Under the pieces are notes generated by a model. That model saw only the letters and a program-made list of their open reading frames with translations, had not been told where the DNA came from and did not search any database. A stretch of DNA of 64,000 nt from an uncultured Bacteroidales bacterium (GTDB taxonomy: Bacteria; Bacteroidota; Bacteroidia; Bacteroidales; UBA7960), in contig CAZRNU010000002.1 in NCBI GenBank assembly GCA_964601515.1, positions 2,755 to 66,754 of the forward strand, in the 5' to 3' direction. Positions 27,909 to 39,063 of the stretch are shown here, piece after piece; position 1 is the stretch's first letter, and each line of letters opens with the position of its first letter. Position numbers and translations under genes: made by a program.

Positions 27909-29010
27909 CTATCTGAATGACAAAGCCATTCCGGCTGTAGCTACAGAGTAGTGAGCGTATGTATAATCAAAATACAAATGGAATAATCCCATTTTGAATT
28001 TTATGCCGAGGTTGTATTTTTGGTTCATATTTATTGGCATCACCAACCACAATTATATCAATAGGGTCTTTTCTAACAACGCTTTCATCAGTTACAATTC
28101 TTGAACCATCAGACATGTCTATAGTAGGAATAGGGTAATAACCTAACATCCTTAAATTAGCTGTATTTGTAGCAAAACCAACCGCACCATAAACAACAAA
28201 GAATGGAATATCAACTGATGCTATTAAGTTGGCGGTAATGCTGCTTACATCAAAAAGAAACTTTTGATCATTAAAGCTAACAGCATCCGTTGTACGATCA
28301 TATGCATCAATATCAACCGGCTTAAGGTCTATCCCAGAGCTGGTGTGAAACTTTGTATAGCCACCCTGAACAGAAAGATGTATAAGCGGTAACTTTTCAA
28401 AAACAGGAATCCACTGCTTTATACTATGCTTTATACCAAACCCATACAAACCGATTCTACCGGTATTTCCTAAATTAAACTCAGGAGTATATCTGAAAAT
28501 TAAATCTGTGTCAAAAGGCATCCCAATGCCTGCCTGAATCATAGGCGCAGGGATATAAGCCAATCCAACTCCGTTTGGAACTCTATATTTAGTCAACTCA
28601 ACAGGATTTCCATTATATTCCATGTAATAGGCAAGATGAGATCTCTCGCTGTCAGGCACTCCGGAAAATGTTGGCACTACATCATCGCCAATTACTGTTG
28701 CATCAAGGTTTAATGAAGAAAGGCTATACGATCTGGCTACAGAAGGAACAATTGATGTATTAAGAGATACAGTAAGATCAAAGCCAAACAAACTATGAGG
28801 CTTTGCGGTATTATACCATCCTGCATTCAGATTGGCTCCAAAACCATCAATAAAAGGATTTAGGTATGCCTCTGAAATTTTCTCAGCATCATCAATACCA
28901 CCTGTTAACAAACGCCCCATAATATCAATCTGAGCATAAGATTTACCTGCAAACAGACTTAAAAGCCCAAAACAAAAAACCAGACTATACTTAACTAGCA
29001 ATGTTTTCAT
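27909..29010 (-). pseudogene. DUF6588 family outer-membrane beta-barrel protein, frameshifted near the 3' end
   Basis: Signal peptide; YLNPFIDGFGANLNAGWYNTAKPH; APMIQAGIG. The natural-looking C-terminus (YNLGIKFKMGLFHLYFDYTYAHYSVATAGMALSFR*) is in the +1 frame, ending at TAG 27909-27911; total span 1102 = 3n+1. Confidence 0.8.
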
Positions 29011-29037
29011 AATACAAAATATTTAGTTAAAATTAAT

Positions 29038-30579
29038 TTATTTTGCAAACGACACAGCCCTGATTTCACGAATTACTGTAATTTTAATCTGACCGGGGTA
29101 TGTCATTTCTGTTTGAATTTTCTTTGAAAGATCATAAGCAATTTGTTCAGCTTCTTTATCAGAAACCTTGTCACTTCCTACAATAACCCTTAGTTCTCTA
29201 CCGGCTTGTATTGCGTATGTTTTAACAACTCCCGGATATGAGAGAGCCAATTCTTCCAAGTCATTTAGCCTTTTAATGTATGATTCAACAACTTCTCGTC
29301 TTGCTCCCGGTCTGGCACCTGATATAGCATCACACACCTGAATAATGGGTGAAATAAGGCTTGTCATTTCAACCTCATCATGGTGAGCTCCAATTGCGTT
29401 AATAACTTCCGGTCTTTCTTTGTATTTTTCAGCCAGCTTCATACCGAGTAGAGCGTGTGGAAGATCCGGCTCATTATCGGGCACCTTGCCAATATCATGC
29501 AACAATCCGGCTCTTTTAGCCAGCTTTGTGTTTAATCCAAGTTCGGCAGCCATAGTAGCAGCAAGATTTGCAACTTCTCTAGAGTGCTGAAGCAAATTTT
29601 GTCCGTAAGAAGACCTGTATTTCATTCTACCCACAAGTCTGATTAGCTCATGATGAAGATTATGAATACCAAGATCAATAGCCGTTCTTTTTCCGATTTC
29701 GATTATTTCCTGCTCAATTTGTTTTTGAGTTTTTGCAACTACCTCTTCAATTCTTGCAGGATGAATACGGCCATCAGTAACAAGTTTATGCAATGATAAC
29801 CTTGCAATTTCCCTTCTAACAGGGTCAAAGCCTGACAGAATAATTGCTTCAGGAGTATCGTCAACAATTATCTCAACGCCTGTTGCCGCTTCCAATGCTC
29901 TGATATTTCTACCTTCACGACCAATAACACGACCTTTAATTTCATCATTTTCAATAGGGAAAACAGAAATAGAATTCTCAATTGCAACTTCGGTAGCAGT
30001 TCTTTGAACAGATTGTAAAACAAGCTTTTTAGCTTCCATATTTGAAGTAATTTTTGCTTCATCCATTACTTCTTTTATGTACGCTTGAGCATCTTGTTGA
30101 GCTTCATTTTTTAGAGCCTCAACAAGTTGTACTTTAGCTTCCTGCGAAGACATTCCGCTGATTGCTTCAAGTTTTTCAATTTGCTCTTTGTATGACTTGT
30201 CTAGATCTGATTGTTTTTTTGTTACGATCTCAAGTTGGTTATTTAGATTTTCCTTAACAATATCAACTTCTTTCTGCTTTCTTTGAATTTCTTCAAGTTT
30301 TTGATTAATAGAAGCTTCTTTTTGTTTTAGTCTGTTTTCCTGAGTAAGAATTGCCAAGTTTTTCTCGGCAACATATTCTTCATGTTCTGCTTTAAGCTGT
30401 ATAAACTTTTCTTTTGCCTGAAGCATTTTTTCTTTTTTCATCACTTCAGCTTCAGCCAAAGCATCTTTAAGTACTCGCTGGCTTTTGCTCAAAAGAGATT
30501 TCCGCATTATTGTTACGGAAATTAATAAGCCTAAACCTAAGCCTGAGATTCCGATAATTATAATAGTTAATATGTCCAT
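29038..30579 (-). CDS. rny: Ribonuclease Y
   Basis: N-terminal TM, coiled coil, KH ([13 protein letters not shown]), HD (LLHDIGK), [11 protein letters not shown]. Confidence 0.97.
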   Translation of the reverse strand: MDILTIIIIGISGLGLGLLISVTIMRKSLLSKSQRVLKDALAEAEVMKKEKMLQAKEKFIQLKAEHEEYVAEKNLAILTQENRLKQKEASINQKLEEIQRKQKEVDIVKENLNNQLEIVTKKQSDLDKSYKEQIEKLEAISGMSSQEAKVQLVEALKNEAQQDAQAYIKEVMDEAKITSNMEAKKLVLQSVQRTATEVAIENSISVFPIENDEIKGRVIGREGRNIRALEAATGVEIIVDDTPEAIILSGFDPVRREIARLSLHKLVTDGRIHPARIEEVVAKTQKQIEQEIIEIGKRTAIDLGIHNLHHELIRLVGRMKYRSSYGQNLLQHSREVANLAATMAAELGLNTKLAKRAGLLHDIGKVPDNEPDLPHALLGMKLAEKYKERPEVINAIGAHHDEVEMTSLISPIIQVCDAISGARPGARREVVESYIKRLNDLEELALSYPGVVKTYAIQAGRELRVIVGSDKVSDKEAEQIAYDLSKKIQTEMTYPGQIKITVIREIRAVSFAK

Positions 30580-30674
30580 TTTTAGAAATTTAAAATTAGT
30601 AATCAGATTTTAATAGTAAACGTTTATATATGTTTATTTGTTCGAGATTGAATGTCAGTTATTTAAATAAAAAA

Positions 30675-30867
30675 ACCCGCATAATTCAATGAGGTTAGAT
30701 GAAACCCCAAATATACATGGTTAGGGCAACCGGGGCTTTTCGAACTTCCTGCGATGCAGAAGCAAACTATCGGCAAGCCGATATTCAGGCCTGTTCTTGA
30801 AATCCCGAGTTGTGACCGTTTAGTTTATAGCGTTGAGTTTCAAAACGTATCTTGAATTGATGCGGGT
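30675..30867 (-). ncRNA. ssrS: 6S RNA
   Basis: 193 nt between zapA and rny, a typical 6S position; closing stem ACCCGCAU-CAAUUCAA / UUGAAUU-AUGCGGGU followed by a U-run. Confidence 0.8.
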
Positions 30868-30893
30868 ATATTGAAATATTTTTCAAAGAACGT

Positions 30894-31187
30894 TTATTCC
30901 TTTTCCAGATAACTGTTAAGCAGTTTATCGATGTTCACCAGCTTTTCCTTAAGAGGCTGCTGATATTCAACTTTTTTTTCACTACTTAATAATTCCACAC
31001 TAATTTGCAATCCCACCATTGCCAACAAATCTTGCTTATCTCTGAAAGCATAGTTTGCTGCAAATTCCTGCAACTTCTCATTGATTCGCTTACCGGCTTC
31101 CCTCAGGGATATTTCTTCTTCTTCGCTTGTAACGCTAAGTCTGTATGGCCTGTCAGCGATTATTACTGAAATAAATTGTTCCTTCAT
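30894..31187 (-). CDS. zapA: Cell division protein ZapA
   Basis: ISVIIADRPYRL...EEEISLREA...DKQDLLAM. Confidence 0.9.
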   Translation of the reverse strand: MKEQFISVIIADRPYRLSVTSEEEEISLREAGKRINEKLQEFAANYAFRDKQDLLAMVGLQISVELLSSEKKVEYQQPLKEKLVNIDKLLNSYLEKE

Positions 31188-31205
31188 CAGTGTGAAAATT
31201 TGCGG

Positions 31206-31490
31206 TTATCTGTTTAAAAGCGAATAGCACTTTTCAATTTCCCGCAAAAGATCATTAATTTTTTGTTTTGCCTGTGATGAGTCTCCCCTCTCAAGCACTT
31301 TGACAACTTTTAATGTTTGAATTTCATACCTCAACTCAGCAATGATATCAGTCTTTTCGTCTATTGCTGATTTTAAATCAGACACTTCCACTTTTAAACT
31401 GCCATTTTCTGTATTTAGCTGGTCAATCTGAAATACTAATCTCTTAATTTTAGTCTCAAATCCTTCAACTATCAGAGGCAAATCATCCAT
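31206..31490 (-). CDS. Small coiled-coil protein (ZapB-like), upstream of zapA
   Basis: Coiled coil ending AKQKINDLLREIEKCYSLLN; -7 box at 31517-31524. Confidence 0.75.
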   Translation of the reverse strand: MDDLPLIVEGFETKIKRLVFQIDQLNTENGSLKVEVSDLKSAIDEKTDIIAELRYEIQTLKVVKVLERGDSSQAKQKINDLLREIEKCYSLLNR

Positions 31491-31692
31491 AAAAAGAAAC
31501 CTTTATATAATATTAACAAAGGTATTACTTTTCGCATAAATTTAGTTATTTTTTTTTAATAAAAGAAGTAGTTTGAAGAAATATTAATCATTTTTTATCA
31601 TTGGTTTTTTATTCGCAAAAAGATGTAATATTTTCTGTTGTATGACATATATGTCATTTTATCTATTATTTTTGCACTTTAATATGCTATTT

Positions 31693-32970
31693 ATGAGAGA
31701 AGAATTCTTATCCTATTTATGGGAATACAAACTAATTCAAAAAGAATTACTGCATACAACACAAGGACAGGAATTAGAAGTAATTTCGCCCGGGACAAAA
31801 AATACCGATTCAGGACCGGATTTCAGTGCAGCAAAAATAAAAATTGGGAATACAATTTGGGCAGGGAATGTTGAAATACATATTAATACATCTGATTGGA
31901 AGAATCACAAGCATCATAACGACCCTGCATATTCAAATATAATATTACACGTAGTTTATAATAACGATATTCAAGAAACCAATAACTACTCTTCTTTCCC
32001 ACAGCCCTGTCTTGAGATAAAAAATTACTATGACAGTAGATTGTTTTCAAACTTTCAGCTTCTAATAAATAGCAAAAACTGGGTACCATGTCAAAATTTT
32101 ATTGAATCAGTAAATAATGTAATTATTTCAAGTTGGCTAAATAGAATGCTAATAGAAAGATTAGAGCATAAATCTGAGGAAATACTGCATTTTTTGAAGT
32201 ATAATAACAACAACTGGGATGAAGTATTTTATCAATTTCTTGCCAGAAACTTCGGATTTAAAATTAACAAAACACCATTTGGTTTGCTTGCTCAAAAAAC
32301 TCCTCTTTCTATTATCCAGAAACACAACGACCAACTCATTCAAATTGAAGCTATCATATTCGGTCAGGCAGGAATGTTAGATAGCTCACAAACTGACATT
32401 TACCCAAGAACTCTTTTAAAGGAATATAACTTTTTAAAGAACAAATACAATCTTGCTTCTATCGATAAGAAACTTTGGAAACAATCGAAACTAAGACCGG
32501 CAAATTTCCCATGCATAAGATTATCTCAGTTTGCGATGCTTTTACATAATAAAGGAAAACTTTTCAGAGATTTAATTAACTCCGAAACAGCTGATGAAAT
32601 AATAAACATAATCAAAACACACAGCTCTCCGTATTGGGCAGAGCATTACAATTTCGACAAACAATCTGCCCAAAAAAACAAAACTTTGGGGCCAGACTCA
32701 ATTCAAAATATAATCATAAATACAATAGTTCCATTTATGTTTGTTTACGGCAAAGAAAGAATGGACAATAACCTTGTTGAAAAGGCGATAGAAATAATCA
32801 CAAAGCTTCCGCCCGAGAAAAATCAAATAACAAGCAATTGGATAAAGCATGGCTTAATGCCATTAAATGCTGCAGATTCGCAAGCACTTATCGAGATGCG
32901 AAAAAACTATTGTATTTCAAAAAAATGTCTAGATTGTGCAATAGGACATTGCGTTATAAAAGGCAACTAA
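31693..32970 (+). CDS. DUF2851 family protein
   Basis: MREEFLSYLW, NTDSGPDF, WAGNVEIH, HHNDPAYSNIILHVV, LRPANFP, C-terminal CLDCAIG; start reassigned to 31693. Confidence 0.92.
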   Translation: MREEFLSYLWEYKLIQKELLHTTQGQELEVISPGTKNTDSGPDFSAAKIKIGNTIWAGNVEIHINTSDWKNHKHHNDPAYSNIILHVVYNNDIQETNNYSSFPQPCLEIKNYYDSRLFSNFQLLINSKNWVPCQNFIESVNNVIISSWLNRMLIERLEHKSEEILHFLKYNNNNWDEVFYQFLARNFGFKINKTPFGLLAQKTPLSIIQKHNDQLIQIEAIIFGQAGMLDSSQTDIYPRTLLKEYNFLKNKYNLASIDKKLWKQSKLRPANFPCIRLSQFAMLLHNKGKLFRDLINSETADEIINIIKTHSSPYWAEHYNFDKQSAQKNKTLGPDSIQNIIINTIVPFMFVYGKERMDNNLVEKAIEIITKLPPEKNQITSNWIKHGLMPLNAADSQALIEMRKNYCISKKCLDCAIGHCVIKGN

Positions 32971-34827
32971 TCAGTCTTTATCTGCAAAAGAAATCTTAAA
33001 AGTAGTTTCACCAGGCTTAGAAACAATATCAAAAGTTCCATTAATTTGTTCATTAACCAAAACCTTTATTAATTGCAATCCAATAGTCTGCTTCATAGAA
33101 AGCTCTTCGATGTTTTTAAAACCTACACCGTTATCAGAAATCTCAATATCATAAAAGCCATCCTGATATCTATAGATAACAGACAATACAGGTATGATAC
33201 TATCATCGCTATCTAAAAGCTCTTTGGGAAATCCGTGTATTAATGCATTTGATACTATCTCATTAATAACAATTCCAAGAGGAATAGCAAAGTCTATATC
33301 AAGATAAACTTCCGAGATATTTAAATCTAAGTGAACTTTCCCCTTTCTCTTGTAGAAGTTCATTAGATCACTGATAATTGTATTAATGAAAGAGGCAAAA
33401 TCGACATAAGAGTAACTAATTGACAAATACAAATTATCATGAACTAGAAGAATGCTTTTAACTCTATTTGACAGCTCCATAAACTTTTTGAGAGTTTTTT
33501 CATGCATTCCTTTTTTCGTAAGTGTTTCAATTAATGAAACAATAATCTGCATATTGCTCTTAACCCTATTGATTATTTCGCTAATCAGTATTTCTTTTTC
33601 AGTAATATCGGCCTTAATTTGCTCCTCGACCTGCATTCTTTCTGCAATTTTAAGCTGAAGTTGCTTATACGATTCAATTAAATCATTAGTGCGCTCCTTA
33701 ACCCTGACATCAAGAAGTTCTTTAATTTTATTCATTTTAACTTCAACATCTTGCCTATAAAGTATCTCTTCTTTTAATGCAATTGCTTCCCTATTGTCGC
33801 TTCCAAAGACTACTATACCTAGGGTATCACCAAATGAGTCATTAATCAATGAAAATGACAACAATAATGGAATGGTATTTCCATTACTTCCAATAATATT
33901 AAACTCTATATTTTCAAGCGAAGCTCCTTTTAGAACTTTATTTAAGCTAATTTCAATAAACTCTCTTTCAACAAAAGTATCCGGCAAATATGTTTGAATA
34001 AGGTCAAATTTATTATGCTCAATCAATTTCAAAGAATACGAATTAATATTACTTATATAAAACTGAGGATTAATAAAAACCAAGAATTTTTGCATTTCTT
34101 TTAAAACAACTTCTGTGGCAATATTTTTTGAGTCATAAGAATTTTTGTTTCTTGCAACTACATGACCCGATGCCAATATCCATGCAACAGCTGACAAATA
34201 CGACAAGTTAAAACTTACCGAGTCAAGAAAATAAAAGAAAACAACATCATAGATTAAATAAAAAGCAAGAAAAAAAATTAAAGAATAGCTTTGCAGTCTT
34301 TGATGCAATCTTAAATTCTCTTCTTCTTTAGGTGCTTTATAATAATTCAGCAGAAAAATTGCCACCAAAATGCTAACTACAAAAAACACAAAACAGAAGT
34401 TGTTTAGGTCAGAGACATTCACGACCAAGGGAAATTGATTGAATTCATTAACAAAAGTAAATTTTGCGTCTTCTCCGATAAATGCCAATGAATACAAAAC
34501 AAAAAAGCAAATTAAGAAAACCAGACTCAGAATAATAAACTTAACTTTATTAAGAAATTCATTTTCAATATATTCAAAAACAATAGCCAGAATAATAAAA
34601 GGGATAAAAGAATATCCAAAGGACGAAATTTTAAAAGCCAAATCAATATAGAATGCGTCTGCAGCAATATAAGCCATAGCATATCCCAACGACCAAAGTG
34701 CAAGCAGAATAGCATTAATCAAGTAAAGAATATTCAACCTCAGGTTGGGATTTTTTATAAAAACCATAATTCCAACCTGCATATAAACAATGCATGTAAT
34801 AATAGAAATAATTGCAAAAAATAGCAT
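32971..34827 (-). CDS. Membrane sensor, 7TM-PAS-HisKA_2-HATPase, lacking the phospho-acceptor His
   Basis: H-box reads EIINRVKSNMQ; N-box NEIVSNAL, G1 DNGVGF and G2 IGLQLI are intact. Confidence 0.85.
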   Translation of the reverse strand: MLFFAIISIITCIVYMQVGIMVFIKNPNLRLNILYLINAILLALWSLGYAMAYIAADAFYIDLAFKISSFGYSFIPFIILAIVFEYIENEFLNKVKFIILSLVFLICFFVLYSLAFIGEDAKFTFVNEFNQFPLVVNVSDLNNFCFVFFVVSILVAIFLLNYYKAPKEEENLRLHQRLQSYSLIFFLAFYLIYDVVFFYFLDSVSFNLSYLSAVAWILASGHVVARNKNSYDSKNIATEVVLKEMQKFLVFINPQFYISNINSYSLKLIEHNKFDLIQTYLPDTFVEREFIEISLNKVLKGASLENIEFNIIGSNGNTIPLLLSFSLINDSFGDTLGIVVFGSDNREAIALKEEILYRQDVEVKMNKIKELLDVRVKERTNDLIESYKQLQLKIAERMQVEEQIKADITEKEILISEIINRVKSNMQIIVSLIETLTKKGMHEKTLKKFMELSNRVKSILLVHDNLYLSISYSYVDFASFINTIISDLMNFYKRKGKVHLDLNISEVYLDIDFAIPLGIVINEIVSNALIHGFPKELLDSDDSIIPVLSVIYRYQDGFYDIEISDNGVGFKNIEELSMKQTIGLQLIKVLVNEQINGTFDIVSKPGETTFKISFADKD

Positions 34828-34843
34828 AGACTATCTATTTGTA

Positions 34844-36697
34844 TTACTTTAAAAATTCTAACACAACCTTTGTTCCATCAGCTGACAGAATATTTAAATT
34901 TCCTTTTAAATGCTTTTTCACTATTATATCAACAAGATGTAGCCCGATTGCTTCCGGCTTATCAATATTTTTTTCCCAGCTTATTCCCACACCATTATCG
35001 CTAACAACAAGGCAATAATTGATATCTTTTTTAAAAAATTCTATCTCAATAATATGTGGTTGTTGGAGTTTTTTTGCTAAATAGCCTTTGGTTGGAAAGG
35101 CAAATTTCAGAGCATTCGTTAATAATTCAACAAACACAATTCCACATGAGATGGCCATATCGATATCAAGATCTTCGTCGGAAATATTAAGCCTGAAAAG
35201 AATATTTTTATTCCCTTTGTGCAAAGAATATAATTCTCCTGTAGTTTTTTTCAAAAATGAACCGAAATTAATTCGAGATAATCTCGGCAAGGAATAGAAA
35301 ACTTCATGCACATTTGAAATACTTCTAACCTTATCGCCAAGCTCTTTCAATTTAATTGCAGATTCTTTATCAATATCCTCGTGAGTAGCCAACATATTTA
35401 TCAATGAAATAATTATTTGGATATTGTTTTTAACTCTATGATGAATTTCTTGAATTAAAGCAACCTTTTTGTTAAGATCACTCTTTATTTGCAGCTCAAC
35501 TCTCTTTCTTTCAAGAATTTCATTTTTTAACTTTTCATTGGCTTGAAATATTTCCAGAGTTTTCTTTTCAACCAAAGATTCAAGATCTTTTTTTATTTTC
35601 TGCAATTCTTTTTCTCTAGAAATTCTATCAATAATTTCTTGTTTCAATGCAAGTTTTTGTCTGTAATCATTGCATATTAAAACAAAACCTAATGGATTTC
35701 CATAATTGTCTTTATTTAGAAGACAGGCTAAGACAACAGGAATCTGCTCATTTTTATTGTTTATTAAATTTACGTTGTAAACATCTGATAAGCCGGTCTG
35801 ATATGACTTCTTCAACATACCATTAATAAAGTCTGATTTATCAAACAATTTATCAAACGATAATTTCTGCAGTTCATACTTTTCTATTCCTATACTTTTT
35901 AATAAATGTTTGTTTGAAGCGACAATTTTTCCATCAATATCAAGAAATAAAATAAAATCCTTCACTTGATCAAGTATTAGAAAATCAAGAATTTCAGGAC
36001 TACTTAATGTAGGCTTAAACTTTACCAGTAGATAGTAAAACAGACCAGTGGTAAAGACTACAAATAATGGAGTTGTTGAGGCTGCAAAATCTAAATGAAT
36101 AGCAGAGGCAACATAATACGTAAACATAATAACGGGTGCTAGCACTCCAACAATTAACAAAAAATTAAATGCCAGTTTTCTCTCCCTGTTTGTTTTAGCT
36201 TTTTGTTTCCATTCTTTAATTATGAACAGCGAAAAAATACCACAAAAAATAAAATTAATAATCGACAATAAAAACCAAGAAGATTGATACAGAGGGCTTA
36301 CTTGCCAAACACCTTTAACAAATTCAAATTCTTTAATACTATTCAAATCCAGTATTAAGTATTTATACATTAAAAAGCCATAAGTTGGTAAAAGAATATA
36401 TCGAATAACATTTATGAAAACAATGTTTTGAGACTTTGAAATCCTAAAAAAGAAGAAAGCTAAAAGCCCGGGGATGCCCGCTCTGGCAACCGATGATAAT
36501 CTGTAATAAATACTAAACTCTTCATAGTCTTTTGTAATTTGCATTAAAAAAATAAATAAAACATAGATAAAAATGTTGAAGCAGACAAATGCAAATTCTT
36601 TAGCTGCAATAGCTCTCTTTTCGAAGAAAAAAAGATATATTACCGCCTGAATGAATAAGACAGAGGCAATTAATGAAAATAACGCATAGCTATTCAT
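34844..36697 (-). CDS. Membrane sensor histidine kinase, 7TM-PAS-HisKA_2-HATPase
   Basis: EIHHRVKNNIQ, ELLTNALKFAF, DNGVG, IGLHLV. Confidence 0.9.
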   Translation of the reverse strand: MNSYALFSLIASVLFIQAVIYLFFFEKRAIAAKEFAFVCFNIFIYVLFIFLMQITKDYEEFSIYYRLSSVARAGIPGLLAFFFFRISKSQNIVFINVIRYILLPTYGFLMYKYLILDLNSIKEFEFVKGVWQVSPLYQSSWFLLSIINFIFCGIFSLFIIKEWKQKAKTNRERKLAFNFLLIVGVLAPVIMFTYYVASAIHLDFAASTTPLFVVFTTGLFYYLLVKFKPTLSSPEILDFLILDQVKDFILFLDIDGKIVASNKHLLKSIGIEKYELQKLSFDKLFDKSDFINGMLKKSYQTGLSDVYNVNLINNKNEQIPVVLACLLNKDNYGNPLGFVLICNDYRQKLALKQEIIDRISREKELQKIKKDLESLVEKKTLEIFQANEKLKNEILERKRVELQIKSDLNKKVALIQEIHHRVKNNIQIIISLINMLATHEDIDKESAIKLKELGDKVRSISNVHEVFYSLPRLSRINFGSFLKKTTGELYSLHKGNKNILFRLNISDEDLDIDMAISCGIVFVELLTNALKFAFPTKGYLAKKLQQPHIIEIEFFKKDINYCLVVSDNGVGISWEKNIDKPEAIGLHLVDIIVKKHLKGNLNILSADGTKVVLEFLK

Positions 36698-36813
36698 TAA
36701 AACGGTATTTAAAAATTATTCTATAAAACAACTTTATATTCAGCACGACAATGAATAGAGAGAGCACTAGCTAAGATACTCAATAAATCTTTATTATAAG
36801 CACACAGACAAAA

Positions 36814-37743
36814 CTATTCCTGATCGCTTAAATATCTTTCAGCTTCAATTGCAGCCATGCATCCTGTTCCGGCAGCAGTAACAGCCTGTCTGAACACATG
36901 GTCTTGAACATCACCTGCTGCAAAAACTCCCTCAATATTAGTTTGAGTTGTTCCCGGCTTTGTTAATATGTATCCGTTTTCATCTAGCTTTAGCTGACCT
37001 TTAAATATATCCGAATTAGGCTTGTGTCCAATGGCGATAAAAACCCCCTGAACATCTATTTTGACATCTTTGTTTCCTTTTATATCATGAACAATAAACC
37101 CATCAACCGTTTTATCTCCAACAATTTCCTTAGGGATATGACTCCAAAGTACCTCAATGTTTTTTGTTTTCAATATTCTATTTTGCATTGCTTTAGATGC
37201 CCTTAGCTCGTCTCTGCGGTGAATTAGATAAACTTTTTTACATAATTTTGACAAATAAGAAGCCTCCTCACAGGCAGTATCACCACCGCCAACAACTGCA
37301 ACGTCCTGTCCTCTATAAAAGAACCCATCGCAAGTAGCACATGCTGAAACGCCAAAACCATTAAACCTTTTCTCTGATTCGATGCCAAGCCATCTTGCAG
37401 AAGCTCCGGTAGCAATAATAAGTGTCTCTGCCAAAACAGTCTTATCTCCGTCTATAATCACTTTGAATGGCCTTTTGCTCAAATCAGTCTCAGTAGCAAT
37501 TCCCCATCTGACATCGGTACCAAATCTTTCAGCTTGTTTTTTTAATAATTCCATCATTTCAGGCCCTGTAATACCATCTGCAAATCCCGGAAAATTTTCT
37601 ACTTCTGAAGTAATTGTAAGTTGTCCGCCTGGTTGTAATCCCTGAAAAACAACCGGCTTCAAATCGGCTCTGGCAGCATAAATTGCAGCAGTATAACCGG
37701 CAGGACCAGATCCTAGAATTAAACATTTAATTTTTTCTTCCAT
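36814..37743 (-). CDS. trxB: Thioredoxin-disulfide reductase
   Basis: GSGPAGYTAA, CATCDG, GGGDTA, FAAGDV; -7 box at 37759-37766. Confidence 0.97.
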   Translation of the reverse strand: MEEKIKCLILGSGPAGYTAAIYAARADLKPVVFQGLQPGGQLTITSEVENFPGFADGITGPEMMELLKKQAERFGTDVRWGIATETDLSKRPFKVIIDGDKTVLAETLIIATGASARWLGIESEKRFNGFGVSACATCDGFFYRGQDVAVVGGGDTACEEASYLSKLCKKVYLIHRRDELRASKAMQNRILKTKNIEVLWSHIPKEIVGDKTVDGFIVHDIKGNKDVKIDVQGVFIAIGHKPNSDIFKGQLKLDENGYILTKPGTTQTNIEGVFAAGDVQDHVFRQAVTAAGTGCMAAIEAERYLSDQE

Positions 37744-37786
37744 ATTTTATAGTTTTTTCAAAAGTATATAATAATCGCGATATGTT

Positions 37787-37820
37787 AAAAAAAACCGAAT
37801 ATTGGAAAACAATATTCGGT
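37787..37820 (-). terminator. Intrinsic terminator
   Basis: ACCGAATATTG/CAATATTCGGT stem plus an 8-U tract on the - strand. Confidence 0.8.
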
Positions 37821-37841
37821 AGTAATTCAATAATTAAAACT

Positions 37842-38861
37842 CTAAAAACCCACACTTAACTTTAATGCATTAGAAAAATATTTATCATATTTTGTTGAAA
37901 CATCTTGTACTCCATCAAAAAGATTGAAGAAAGTGTATCTATATCCTAATTCATAACCTAATCTTACCTTATTGTTAAGCTTAAACCCAAATCCAATACC
38001 TACAGGTATTGTTGGCTGAATCTGACTATATTCAACTTCCACTCGATGCCTTCTGTTAAATTCATCATAAACTCTTAAGTCATTAAAAAACACTCCTATA
38101 CCGGTAAATAAATAAGCATCTGCAATAGTGTTTTTTAAGAAAGGAGCATGAAACTCGGTTTTCCCAAAAAACTCAAAAACATCATTTTCAAATCTGTACC
38201 CGGAATAATTATTAGCAACAGTACTTTGGACACCAATATAGCTACCGTAATCCATTCCAAAACTAGCAGCAAAATAGCTTGTAAATTTATATTTTGTATA
38301 AATGCCAAAATTCAACCCCAGATTACTAAACTGATAGCTAACAAAATCGCCAAAAGCCATTTCTTTAGAATCTCCAATATCTGCAACTGCATGAGAAGAA
38401 CCTATAGATAGGCCAAGCTCCCATTTATTTGGCACATTAACCACTCTATCTCTTCTAGAGGTTGATAAAGGCTCTTTAGGCGAATTCTGCACACCTTGAT
38501 TTTCAGTAGATGCAGGGCTGCCATTTTCTGTATATCCACCCGGAATATTACTATTGCTTTTTGCTTTAGGATTTTTGAAAGCACTTCTTTTTGAAGTCGC
38601 ATGAGTTTGAGATTTGGAGTTTTGCTCAGCAACAGTTTTCTTACTAAAGAGTCTCTTAAAAAAACTGTCATTTCCATTTTTATAGTTAGGAAAATTACTG
38701 AATGCTACAAACTCGGATAATTTGAGTTCACTATTCAATGAGAAAGAAGCTTCATTTTGTTCGTTTACAATAATGTAAAAATTGCTCTCAGCATTTGCTA
38801 GGCCTGAAAGCATTAAAATCAGTGAAACACTTAAAAAGCACTTAATATTTAATAACATCAT
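37842..38861 (-). CDS. Outer-membrane beta-barrel protein (DUF6089/PorG-like) with low-complexity N-terminal extension
   Basis: Signal peptide; WELGLSIG, FENDVFE, IPVGIGFGF, YELGYRYTF; terminal LSVGF; -7 box at 38978-38985. Confidence 0.7.
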   Translation of the reverse strand: MMLLNIKCFLSVSLILMLSGLANAESNFYIIVNEQNEASFSLNSELKLSEFVAFSNFPNYKNGNDSFFKRLFSKKTVAEQNSKSQTHATSKRSAFKNPKAKSNSNIPGGYTENGSPASTENQGVQNSPKEPLSTSRRDRVVNVPNKWELGLSIGSSHAVADIGDSKEMAFGDFVSYQFSNLGLNFGIYTKYKFTSYFAASFGMDYGSYIGVQSTVANNYSGYRFENDVFEFFGKTEFHAPFLKNTIADAYLFTGIGVFFNDLRVYDEFNRRHRVEVEYSQIQPTIPVGIGFGFKLNNKVRLGYELGYRYTFFNLFDGVQDVSTKYDKYFSNALKLSVGF

Positions 38862-39063
38862 TTTTAAGATTTAGGTTTATAGATATACTTGTTGGTCAAT
38901 AAATAAAAAAATCGAAACTTACTACAGCAATAAGGAATACAAAAAAAACAAATACAACATTCTTTGCATTATGGCAACAAATGTATGAAAAAAAATCAGT
39001 GTGTAATCAGATTTTTGTTTAAAAAATATCAACAAAATAAATTAACATTTATTAACGGAAGGT

